Positions 38,212 to 46,718 of a stretch of 64,000 bases of DNA are shown in pieces. The notes under the pieces are model-generated. The model worked only from the letters and a program-made list of their open reading frames with translations, was not told the DNA's origin and searched no databases. The DNA comes from an uncultured Acidobacteriota bacterium. Its GTDB lineage: Bacteria; Acidobacteriota; Vicinamibacteria; Vicinamibacterales; CAVVIG01. Made by a program: the position numbers and the translations under genes. Every line of letters begins with the position of its first letter. Within the stretch, counting starts at the first letter, position 1. The DNA lies in the NCBI GenBank assembly GCA_963814975.1, contig CAWFFB010000030.1, positions 175,563 to 239,562 on the forward strand. The letters run 5' to 3'.

Positions 38212-38559
38212 ATGTCGGCCCCCGACTCGGCTCGCGTGATGCGCCTTCGGGTCTGGCGCGGCTCGGCGCGGGTCGAGGGTTACTACCAGACTTATGAAGT
38301 TCCGTTCGAGGAGGGAATGTCGGTGCTGGACGCGTTGCGCTGGATTCGCGCCCGCCAAGACTCGAGTCTGGCCATTCGTTACAGTTGCATCAACGCGAAT
38401 GCCTGCAGGACCTGCATGGCGCTCGTCGACGGCGTTGTTGAATATACGTGCACGGCGCGGCTGAACGAATCCTGCGCAACCGTCGAACCGCTTCCTACCA
38501 GGCCGCTCATCCGGGATCTCGTGACGGATACTGCTCCCGCAGACGAGACACAACCCTAG
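38212..38559 (+). CDS. small 2Fe-2S protein corresponding only to the N-terminal domain of SdhB/FrdB
   Basis: 115 aa. MRLRVWRG..YYQTYEVPFEEGMSVLDALRWIRARQDSSLAIRYSCINANACRTCMALVDGVVEYTC shows the SdhB N-domain layout with Cys spacing C-x5-C-x2-C..C. No 4Fe-4S/3Fe-4S domain follows. Confidence 0.65.
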   Translation: MSAPDSARVMRLRVWRGSARVEGYYQTYEVPFEEGMSVLDALRWIRARQDSSLAIRYSCINANACRTCMALVDGVVEYTCTARLNESCATVEPLPTRPLIRDLVTDTAPADETQP

Positions 38560-38584
38560 GCACTCCAGGTTCGTGTCGGATCGC

Positions 38585-38827
38585 TCAGGCGGCCGCGCGT
38601 CCGGTCGAACGCGGATACAGCCGGACATACTCGCCTTGGGACGTTCTGCTCAGCACGCCGGCCTCCACCAGCACGTTCAGCACCGCCTCGCACGTGGCCG
38701 CACTGGTGGCAAACCGCCGCCGCGCCTGCGGCAGCGTCAGCCTGTACGCCGGCGCATCGAGAAAGGCCTGCTGCATCCTGACGACCAGGTCCTGAATCCG
38801 GCGGCGGCGATCGGCAATCATCGTCAA
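38585..38827 (-). CDS. small winged-helix-like hypothetical protein
   Basis: 80 aa. ..LTLPQARRRFATSAATCEAVLNVLVEAGVLSRTSQGEYVRL resembles a wHTH recognition helix plus wing. Confidence 0.4.
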   Translation of the reverse strand: MTMIADRRRRIQDLVVRMQQAFLDAPAYRLTLPQARRRFATSAATCEAVLNVLVEAGVLSRTSQGEYVRLYPRSTGRAAA

Positions 38828-38999
38828 TACCTCCCTCGTTCAACACGTGCGTTGCACGCCTTACATACCCGTTCAGGTGAGCAAGGTGTGTACCCTATGG
38901 TGAGCGAAAGGGTCGTTGCGTTACACGCGCAGAAGTTCCGGCCATTCAGGATTCACGAAACGCACATAACCATGGTTGGTCCTGAACGTAGTCAACCAT

Positions 39000-39734
39000 C
39001 TATTGCACCGGCCCCAGCTCTGCCACAGCCCCGTCTAACGCGGTGAGCGCGGCCTGATACGCGGCCGCTTGTTGTTCGGGCGTGGTACCCTCCCCCACGC
39101 GGGCGACCGGTTCCCAGCTTGATGGCGGCACGCCGGCCAGCGTGGCGTGACGGCCGATGTACTGGCGCAACGGGTGCTGCAGTTCGCCGCCGCTTATGTC
39201 GGCGAGCGCGGCGGCGACACCGACGTGCATGCCGAGCAGCAGCAGATGCCGGTGGCGCCGGGACAAGGCCTTCTCGACCCGCGCCGCCAATCCGAGCTCG
39301 TCCGAATCCAGCCGGTCGTTCACGCGGCCGAATTCCTCGGCGTTCGACACGGGCAGGAGGGAAACCTCGCCGACGCCCAGTTCGTTCCCCAAATCGTGCA
39401 TGGTCCTGATGCGGGGCGCCAGGATCTCGCGCACACGCGATCGCATCTCGGGCGGCGACAGCACGACGCTGCCGAGGACATTGCTGCAGTAGCCGACGTG
39501 AAAGCCCAGCCGGTATGCGGCGGCCCGCGTGGCCGCGGGCAGGCGGCCGTCGGCGTCGCGCGCGGCGTCGGCGACGGCCGCCGCATCGCGTGCCCAGGCG
39601 GATGCCGTCCGCGCGTCGAACAGCGCCGCGAGCGACGGCGTGAGCGCCAGCCACAGTGCGTTCAGGGCCAGGTAGAGGCCGGTGATGCCGAGTGTTACCA
39701 GCAGGAAGCGCTTCACGCCCGGTCGCGGTAGCAT
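39000..39734 (-). CDS. hypothetical protein with one N-terminal transmembrane anchor
   Basis: 244-aa ORF with coding-like composition. TM segment FLLVTLGITGLYLALNALWLAL. No recognised family. Confidence 0.45.
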   Translation of the reverse strand: MLPRPGVKRFLLVTLGITGLYLALNALWLALTPSLAALFDARTASAWARDAAAVADAARDADGRLPAATRAAAYRLGFHVGYCSNVLGSVVLSPPEMRSRVREILAPRIRTMHDLGNELGVGEVSLLPVSNAEEFGRVNDRLDSDELGLAARVEKALSRRHRHLLLLGMHVGVAAALADISGGELQHPLRQYIGRHATLAGVPPSSWEPVARVGEGTTPEQQAAAYQAALTALDGAVAELGPVQ

Positions 39735-39757
39735 AGCAGTCCCCGTCCGGGGACGCC

Positions 39758-41368
39758 ATGCATCCAGGCCAGTTCATTGCGCATTTCATCAACACCGCGA
39801 TCATCACGGCCATCGTCGCGGCGCTGGTGCTCTGGCGCTACAAGGTGGGTGTGCTCGCGGGCATGAGCACTGGCGGTACCGTGGAGCTCCCGATACCACC
39901 GCCAGCCTTGCGAGCGCCGGCCTCCGGGACCGCGGCCGCGGCGGACGCCGTCGTCTGGGAGCGGCAGGTGCGGCGCCGCGTCGACGTCGGCACCGCCCTG
40001 ATCGTGCTGGTGTGCTCGCTGCCGCTCGCATATCTCGCCGCCGCAGCCGTCGGCGACACGACGCCGATGCATGTGCTGGGGCAGACGGGTCAGTTCCTGC
40101 TTGCCGCGGTGCCGATCGCCGCCTTGCTGGCAGCCTATTCGTGGCGCCAGGCGCTACTTCATGCCGTCGCGCTGCTGGCCGGCGGCGCGGCGCTGATGCT
40201 GGCGGTGTCCGCTCTGCAGCGGTTGGCAGTCGGCCGGTCGCCGTCGCCGGATCAGTTCCTCAACGGTCTCATCTTCCTGCAGCTGACCGCGCTCAATGCC
40301 GTCGCGCCGCTGCTGGTGATGCTGGTGACCGCGCTGCCGCGGGTGCGGGGAGTGGCGCCGATGACGTTCGTGGGCCTGCTGGTGTTCAGTCTTGCGCCGC
40401 TCGGGGGATCTCAGCTGACCCGCGCACTGGCCATGACCAGAACCGGCAGCGAGCTGGTCGTGAACGCGGGCCTGTCGATCGGGTTCGTCCTGCTGGCGGT
40501 GCCGACCGGCTGGGTGGCATGGCGGTGCCTGGCGGCAACGGCACGGGCGTTCGAGACCAAGCGTGTCGCCGACAGCGAGGTGCTGGTCAACGTGTGGTGG
40601 GTGATGTTCGTGTCCGCGTTCTGGATTGACTACGTGAACGTGCACCCCTGGTCGTGGCCGCCGCTGCTGATCGCCGTGGCCGTGTGCGTGGCGTTCGCCG
40701 TCCTCTACCGCTTGACGCTTCGGCGGTGGCTGCCGCCCTCGCGACCGGCATGCCGGACGCTGCTCCTGTTGCGAGTGTTCGCCGACGTGTCGCGTACTGA
40801 ACGGCTGTTCGATCGGGTTGCCGGCCGCTGGCGATGGCTGGGTCCCGTGACGACGATCGCGGCGCCGGACGTGGCGGCCCGGACGGTGGACCCCAGCGAC
40901 TTCCTGGAGTTCGCCACCGGCCGGATGCACGCGCGGTTCGTGAATTCGGCCGCCGACCTCGACGAGCGCCTGCGGCATCTCGACGGGGCTCCCGATCCCG
41001 ACGGCCGCTATCGTGTGAGCGAGCTGTGCTGTCGAGCCGACACCTGGCGCGCGGCTGTCGTAAGCCTGATGGATCGCGCCGACGCCGTTCTGATGGACCT
41101 CCGGGACTTCTCGAAGAAGCGCGCCGGCTGCGCCTTCGAACTGCAGCAGCTCGGCCAGCGCTTCGACGCGCATCGGCTGGTGCTGGCCGTGGATGCCAGC
41201 ACGGATCGCGAGTTTCTCGCCACGAACCTCGCCAGCGGCGCGGCCCGCATAGTCGAGCTGCCACGGTACGCCAGCGATCGCGATCTGGAGCACGTGTTCG
41301 AGGAAGTTGTTGCCGGGGCGTATGGCCAGGATGCAGCGCCACCTCGAGCCACGACGACGGTACGCTGA
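39758..41368 (+). CDS. polytopic membrane protein with ~200-aa C-terminal soluble domain, unknown function
   Basis: 536-aa ORF with about 9-10 hydrophobic segments. The soluble tail reads LLLLRVFADVSRTERLFDRVAGRWRWLGPVTTIAAPDVA..DGRYRVSELCCRADTWRAAV..AVLMDLRDFSKKRAGCAFELQQL. It is divergent from 39000..39734 with a 23-nt gap. Confidence 0.55.
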   Translation: MHPGQFIAHFINTAIITAIVAALVLWRYKVGVLAGMSTGGTVELPIPPPALRAPASGTAAAADAVVWERQVRRRVDVGTALIVLVCSLPLAYLAAAAVGDTTPMHVLGQTGQFLLAAVPIAALLAAYSWRQALLHAVALLAGGAALMLAVSALQRLAVGRSPSPDQFLNGLIFLQLTALNAVAPLLVMLVTALPRVRGVAPMTFVGLLVFSLAPLGGSQLTRALAMTRTGSELVVNAGLSIGFVLLAVPTGWVAWRCLAATARAFETKRVADSEVLVNVWWVMFVSAFWIDYVNVHPWSWPPLLIAVAVCVAFAVLYRLTLRRWLPPSRPACRTLLLLRVFADVSRTERLFDRVAGRWRWLGPVTTIAAPDVAARTVDPSDFLEFATGRMHARFVNSAADLDERLRHLDGAPDPDGRYRVSELCCRADTWRAAVVSLMDRADAVLMDLRDFSKKRAGCAFELQQLGQRFDAHRLVLAVDASTDREFLATNLASGAARIVELPRYASDRDLEHVFEEVVAGAYGQDAAPPRATTTVR

Positions 41369-41412
41369 ATCAGAAACGGCCCTCGCGGTACGGCAGCCTG
41401 ATCTCGCTCGGT

Positions 41413-41473
41413 CGGAACAAGGCCAACGTCGCGGGAATCGTGCGAGAAGGTTGTTTCCTCAGCCTGGAGTCGG
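41413..41473. repeat. copy A of a 61-62-nt conserved non-coding repeat (possible structured RNA or REP-like element)
   Basis: cggaacaaggccaacgtcgcgggaatcgtgcgagaaggttgtttcctcagcctggagtcgg versus 63930..63991: 5 mismatches plus 1 indel. The indel breaks any shared reading frame. Confidence 0.75.
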
Positions 41474-43038
41474 AACCGCTCGCTCCGATCGAAGCGACCC
41501 GGCTGGGCTCGAGACTGGTCTGGTATCTCCCGCGCGGCTTCGCGCCAAGCGGCCTTTATACAGGCATGACAGGAAATCGTACACCACGAGCTCCTGCGCG
41601 CGCTGTTCGGCTCTGAACAGCCGATTGAGATGCATGTGAACGTAGCTTTCCGCGAGCACCGGGATCGGCACATCCAGCGATCCCGAACGCTCCGCGGCGT
41701 GCAGGGCTGCTAGCGCCTCTTGTGCGCGCGTCGAGCGATCAGCGAACGCGTCCAGCCACCCTGTCGACGCGTCGGATGGCTCTGAGTCGAGCAGACGGTG
41801 CAGGCCTGGTCCGACAGCGCGGTACTTCGCCGCCAGCTGACGTGCGAACGGCGCATCGGCGCGGAACTCCCGGCCGAAGATCTCGCGGAGCTTCTGCATC
41901 AACCGGAGTTTCGCCTCCAGATCGAAGCCGAGGTCCGACAGCAGCGCGTCGATGCCAGCGATAGCGGCTTGCCATCGCAGAACGGGGCTGCCGATGCCGC
42001 TCACCGGATCGAGCAGCTGGACGATGGTTTCACTATCGGCCCAGAAGTAGCGTTCGGCAGCGTCGATCCCAGCCTCGCCGCCGTAGCGTTCGATTTCACG
42101 CTCGTAGGTGTCGAACCCGAGCCGGCGCACGAGCCCATCGCCGAGCGCCTTCGCGACGACGCGCTCGATGCGGCGTTGAATTGTGGCGGCGTGTGTCTTG
42201 CCGGCCGCATGCAGGCGCCATCTGAGATGCTCGTCGGGATCGGTGTAACGGATGAAGAACCATCGATCGATCACGCGCTTCGACAGCAGTGCCTTGCTGA
42301 CCGGGCCGATCAGCTGTGACAGCAATCGGTCGGCGGTGCTCGCGCTTGTGTACAGCTTGGCAAACACCCATTCCGACCCCGGCGCGAACGTGCGCGGAAT
42401 CGAGATCGGATCGCAACGGCGCGGCGTCGGGGCGGGTGCGCTCGCTGCCGTCTGTGGTCGCACGACTCGCGGAATCAGCAGCTCGTGCATGTAACGCCCA
42501 TCATCGCCTTCGGCGCACAGTTCATCCGGGCCCGGGTACATCTCTGTGAGCGTCGCGGATTCACGGTCCTTCAGCAAGTGGATCAGCGAGTCGATCGCGA
42601 GAGCGTTGTCGAGATCAACGGGGAGCGTGTTGTCGGCGTCGGTCAGCACGACCCAGCGCGGCAGCCGACGCCGGACTCTTCGTCGAGCGCCTCGACGAGC
42701 GACACCTCGCGATACTCATAGCGCTCGGCGAATACCGCCCGAAAGCGACGGAGTCGATCGTGGTCGGCGCCTGGAGTCAGCCGGCGCAGGACGTCGACGC
42801 CGCGGATGATCTCGGCCACGAGCGCTCGATCGAGCGTCGCCCGGAACGCCGGGCGGACGAGATCGACTTGAAAGAGACGCGTCAGGTCGACCTTGACGGG
42901 GAAGGTCCCCAGCCGGTGTGCGATGCCGCGGTACCGTGCGGGTTCCGCTCCGAGCCCATCGCGGTCGAGCGATTCGAGCAACGCTGCCACCTGCGCCAAC
43001 TCCCGCGCCACAGGTTCACCCTCGGGAGCGCGGCGCAA
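41459..43038 (-). pseudogene. LanB-type lanthipeptide/thiopeptide dehydratase remnant (N-terminal and internal deletions)
   Basis: The C-terminal elimination (SpaB_C) domain is intact in sequence: PGSEWVFAKLY..RWFFIRYTDPDEHLRWRL..GFDTYEREIERYGG..YVHMHLNRLF. Upstream, in another frame, is a short piece of the glutamylation domain (..RFRAVFAERYEYREVSLVEALDEESGVG). The end of that domain (LPRWVVLTDADNTLPVDLDN) follows directly. From my memory of LanB architecture I estimate about 150 N-terminal and about 300 internal codons are missing. Confidence 0.7.
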
Positions 43039-43145
43039 CAGGTGGACCAGACAGGCTCGCGAGGCCTCTATGCGGCGTGTCGGTGGTAGTCCTTCAACTG
43101 TTCACCCAACCGCAGGGACAGACTAATCAGTAGCCACATCATGAA

Positions 43146-45194
43146 TCAATCGATAGCGCGCGGCGAGGACTTGTTTGGCAGTGCGCGATAGACCTGGACC
43201 CTTCCCCACCCGTCCTCGAACTGTCCTATCCACTCCAAGTCTCCCCGCCCCTCGAGTATCGTGACAGCTGTGACGTATGGTGCGGGATCAAGGAATCGCT
43301 CATGGATGATGACGTACACCGCACCGCGTCTCAGCAGCTCGTCCACCCAGGGTCCCGCGGGGAAATCGCGAAGAGCGTCCAACATGGTCCGATACGCGGG
43401 AGGATAGTAGCCGCTATAGCCGTTGAGCAGCGGATGCCAGTGAAAGGTTGATAGGTACTGGTAGATCGCGTCGTTCCTCGGAAACCAGTGGGGCAGCGGC
43501 ATGGGTAATTCCGCCACGATCCCGGTCGGTTGCTGGCGCAGCCAGCGATAGGCCGAGGGCACGCCCGAGGGCAGGCGCATCAGCGACGGGGGAGAGAACA
43601 GCTCGATCAGGAGCAGCACGGCTGTGCACACGGGAAGCGCTCGGCGCAGGTGAGTCGAGGAGACCCAAGTCATCACACGCGCAAACCCGAAACCGGCGAG
43701 GACCGCAAGCGCAAGCAGCACTAGCACACCGAACCGGGTGGGTACCCTCAGGCTGCGATACGGTGCGATCCAGGTATAGAGCACCTCATACAATGGCCCA
43801 TTGAAACCCAGCGTGGCGGACACCGAGAATGCGAGGATCACACCGTACATCAAGCGGTGGCGTGTCGGTGGCCACACGCCGAGCGCCGCGAGTGCGAGAG
43901 GGAGCAAGCCGGGAAAAAGATTGGTCTCCTGTCCGCCGAACTCTCTTTGGGTCCATCCGTACACGACGCTGTCGGCCGTCGCAGCCAGATAACTGGCCGC
44001 CGTGGCGCTGTAACGACGAACCTCGTCGACCGCGCGCCCACCTGTCATGTCCAGATTGGCCAGCAAGGGCTGCGCATAACAGGTCGCCACGGTGATGGCA
44101 AACAGCGCGCCGGCCAGGAGCGCGCCTGCGGTACGCACCTGTATACCCCGCGCGCGTGTCAGCAGGATGATCGGTGCGGTGGCGATGATGGTTGTCACGA
44201 AAAAGATAGCGTAATAGATGCTCGAAAGCGTCTGAAGGGCGACGAACATGCCGGTGTACAGGCCGTCTCGGAGCCGGCCCTGCTCGAGGGTACGGTGGAG
44301 CGCCAGAAGCGCGAAGGGCATCCACTGTCCCCACAGCAGCTCGAGATGCATGTAATGGTCGATCCGATAGAATCCGAACGCGTAGATAATGCCCGCCAAC
44401 ACGCCGGCCGTTGCCTGTCGTGTCAGGTGCTGCACCAGCAGAAACGCCCCGAGGCCAGACAGCACGAAGCTGGCGAGCACCAGCAGGTTGTAGGCGAGGA
44501 CCTGATCCATGCCGATCCACAGAAGAGGCCCTGCCAGCACGCCTTGAAGCAGCACCGGATCCGAGTAGGCGAGGGTACGAGCTGCCGGGAAGAAGATGTT
44601 GCCCTCAAACAGATCGACCGGGTCGTGCCACAAGTGACGGGCAATCGAGGCCAGACGCCAGATGTTGAAAAAGGAGTCGTGGTGCGCAGCAACGTGCGTC
44701 GACAGCCCTGTGACCTGTGGCCAAGTCATCACCAGCGTCAGCCCAACGAACAGCCCTGCCACTCGAGCGGACATGCCGACGCGGGGTAAACGCCGCCAAG
44801 CGTCCCAGATCCGCAGATGGAGCGGGCACCGACGCACGAGCGTGTGACGAAGCGCCAGCACCACGAATGCCAGCAGGAGTACGCGCCAGCTGGACATCAC
44901 CGACACTCTGATGCCGATCGCTGCGAAGCGGAAACCGCCCAACACCGCCACCCACGCTCCTGCAACGAGTAGCACGAGGCCGGACGCATCGGCTGCGCGG
45001 ACCCATGCAGGAAGAGCGCGGCAGTCTGGCGCCTGGCGACTCATGGACGCACGAAACGTGCATAGCTCCGCTGGCGTCATTCGGCGCAGAGCTCGCCTGA
45101 ATCGGGAGACATGTCGGTCTCGTGTTTCGGAGGGCTCCATGGACTCGTTCATACGGCAGCCGGCAGCGAGCTTAGACAAATACCGTCGTGTCAT
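43146..45194 (-). CDS. large polytopic membrane protein, possibly GT-C-type glycosyltransferase-like
   Basis: 682-aa ORF with at least 12 hydrophobic segments and a C-terminal soluble part (..YQYLSTFHWHPLLNGYSGYYPP..). The architecture resembles PMT/ArnT/YfhO-like enzymes. I cannot point to a catalytic motif. The real start may be an internal Met. Confidence 0.5.
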   Translation of the reverse strand: MTRRYLSKLAAGCRMNESMEPSETRDRHVSRFRRALRRMTPAELCTFRASMSRQAPDCRALPAWVRAADASGLVLLVAGAWVAVLGGFRFAAIGIRVSVMSSWRVLLLAFVVLALRHTLVRRCPLHLRIWDAWRRLPRVGMSARVAGLFVGLTLVMTWPQVTGLSTHVAAHHDSFFNIWRLASIARHLWHDPVDLFEGNIFFPAARTLAYSDPVLLQGVLAGPLLWIGMDQVLAYNLLVLASFVLSGLGAFLLVQHLTRQATAGVLAGIIYAFGFYRIDHYMHLELLWGQWMPFALLALHRTLEQGRLRDGLYTGMFVALQTLSSIYYAIFFVTTIIATAPIILLTRARGIQVRTAGALLAGALFAITVATCYAQPLLANLDMTGGRAVDEVRRYSATAASYLAATADSVVYGWTQREFGGQETNLFPGLLPLALAALGVWPPTRHRLMYGVILAFSVSATLGFNGPLYEVLYTWIAPYRSLRVPTRFGVLVLLALAVLAGFGFARVMTWVSSTHLRRALPVCTAVLLLIELFSPPSLMRLPSGVPSAYRWLRQQPTGIVAELPMPLPHWFPRNDAIYQYLSTFHWHPLLNGYSGYYPPAYRTMLDALRDFPAGPWVDELLRRGAVYVIIHERFLDPAPYVTAVTILEGRGDLEWIGQFEDGWGRVQVYRALPNKSSPRAID

Positions 45195-45660
45195 CTGATG
45201 ATCCCACTATATGAGCGCATCCGAAGGGGAATCCCCGACCAAGGCTCATAAGCCATTCGCACTCTTCCGAGCGTAACAGTCGGACGGGTCCACTGCCCGT
45301 TTCACCATCCCTCATGCTCCTTGGGAATTGAGGCGGACGCCGCTTGAGCGCCCCCGCACAATAGGCGGTGGGAGCCGTTCCGTCTGGGCGATTCCCCGCG
45401 GTTTATCCAGCAGCTCCTCCAGTCATTGCTCGAATTGATGCCGCTTGAAACGCCGCGGTCGGTCACTCGCCGCGTGTGATTCGGCAGCACGACCGAAGGA
45501 CCTCTTTCGCAATGGCCGCGGTTCACTTCTTGCCAGCCGCCCGCCGTGTACGAGCGTCATGTAACGAATCGCAGGGACAGAACACTAGACATCGTTACGT
45601 AGAGGTCACTCTGATGCCGCACGTTTCACGTGCCCTGAGCAACACCGAAGGAGTTGCGCG

Positions 45661-46596
45661 ATGCAGATCAACCGATTGTGGACGGCGATGCTCACCCGCG
45701 AGCGCGTGGACTCCGACACCGACAGCTCCATCAACGTGTCCGTGAATACCGATGGCGTTGAGCGTTTGAATCGTACATTTCCCGACGCTCAGCAGACCGA
45801 TCAGGAACGCGGAGTTGCCAATCTGTACGATGTCGACGTGACCGATAACTCCATTCAGGGCGAGCAGCTCACGGATTCCTCCATCCGCATCGGAATCAAT
45901 GGTGACGACGCATGGCGCCCGCAGCATGTGTTCGTTTTTGGCGAAGGCGTTACCCGACGGGGAATCAACGAAACACAAGCCCTGGCCATCGAGACGGAGA
46001 TCGACACGACGCTGAGCACGGATTCGAGCGAGGGACCGTCTGGCGTGCCGCTTCGTCTCGTGGGGCATGGCAGCGGTAGCCTGCCAATCCGGCGGCTCTT
46101 CATCCTCGTGCGCAGCATCGCGAGCGATCGTCCGCCGGAGGATGGAGGCATCTTCGGCAGTGCGGTCCCCCATGGGACCGTCACGGACGCGCCGCTTGAA
46201 ATCCAGATTGTCAGTCAGGGCAGATTGGTGGTTCTGTTTCAGATTCGTGATACTCCCCAAGAAGACCTGGAGTTTGGCGAAGCCAATTTCTACACCATGC
46301 CCGTGATTCTGCCGTTTACACGCGCGCAGCTCGAGATTGATTCCATCACGCTCCGCATTATGGGTATGGACGACTACGAGCCGCTTAGCCTGTTCATCTT
46401 TGGCGCGGACCAGGCAGCCGGCCGTCCGACGTCCATGGTGCCCCTGGTGAGCATTTCGAATTGGCGCCAGGCCGGCTTAGGCGTAATCGACTACGACCCC
46501 ACCAACGGTACCGGTGCGGTGGCACTGCCCCTAGCGGCGTTGCCTACCGAGGTGCCTTCGGTCGTCGAGACGACGTTCACCGCGGCAATTTCTTAG
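45661..46596 (+). CDS. hypothetical protein with two PLAT/LH2-like beta-sandwich repeats
   Basis: GGAG 8 nt before the ATG. Repeat 1: DSDTDSSINVSVNTDG..DQERGVANLYDVDV..IRIGINGDDAWRPQHVFVFG. Repeat 2: TVTDAPLEIQIV..DLEFGEANFYTMPV..ITLRIMGMDDYEPLSLFIFG. By eye the GC content looks lower than in neighbouring genes. Confidence 0.5.
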   Translation: MQINRLWTAMLTRERVDSDTDSSINVSVNTDGVERLNRTFPDAQQTDQERGVANLYDVDVTDNSIQGEQLTDSSIRIGINGDDAWRPQHVFVFGEGVTRRGINETQALAIETEIDTTLSTDSSEGPSGVPLRLVGHGSGSLPIRRLFILVRSIASDRPPEDGGIFGSAVPHGTVTDAPLEIQIVSQGRLVVLFQIRDTPQEDLEFGEANFYTMPVILPFTRAQLEIDSITLRIMGMDDYEPLSLFIFGADQAAGRPTSMVPLVSISNWRQAGLGVIDYDPTNGTGAVALPLAALPTEVPSVVETTFTAAIS

Positions 46597-46718
46597 AGAA
46601 TCGCAGAATTGTGCCTGCGGATAGGCGTCGATGAACGCGCTGAACCGCAGGTCGAGCCTGGGTTTTGAAGGCCTGCGCGACTTCTGAGTGCAGCGTCCTC
46701 CGAGGTGCACGTTGCTGT

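Noticed and set aside
41459-42649. The 396-aa ORF as a functional stand-alone split-LanB elimination protein.
   Set aside because: Its first ~60 codons and the adjacent out-of-frame ORF carry contiguous fragments of the glutamylation domain. The simplest reading is decay of a full-length LanB. No partner glutamylation protein, precursor or cyclase is nearby. Residual function cannot be excluded.
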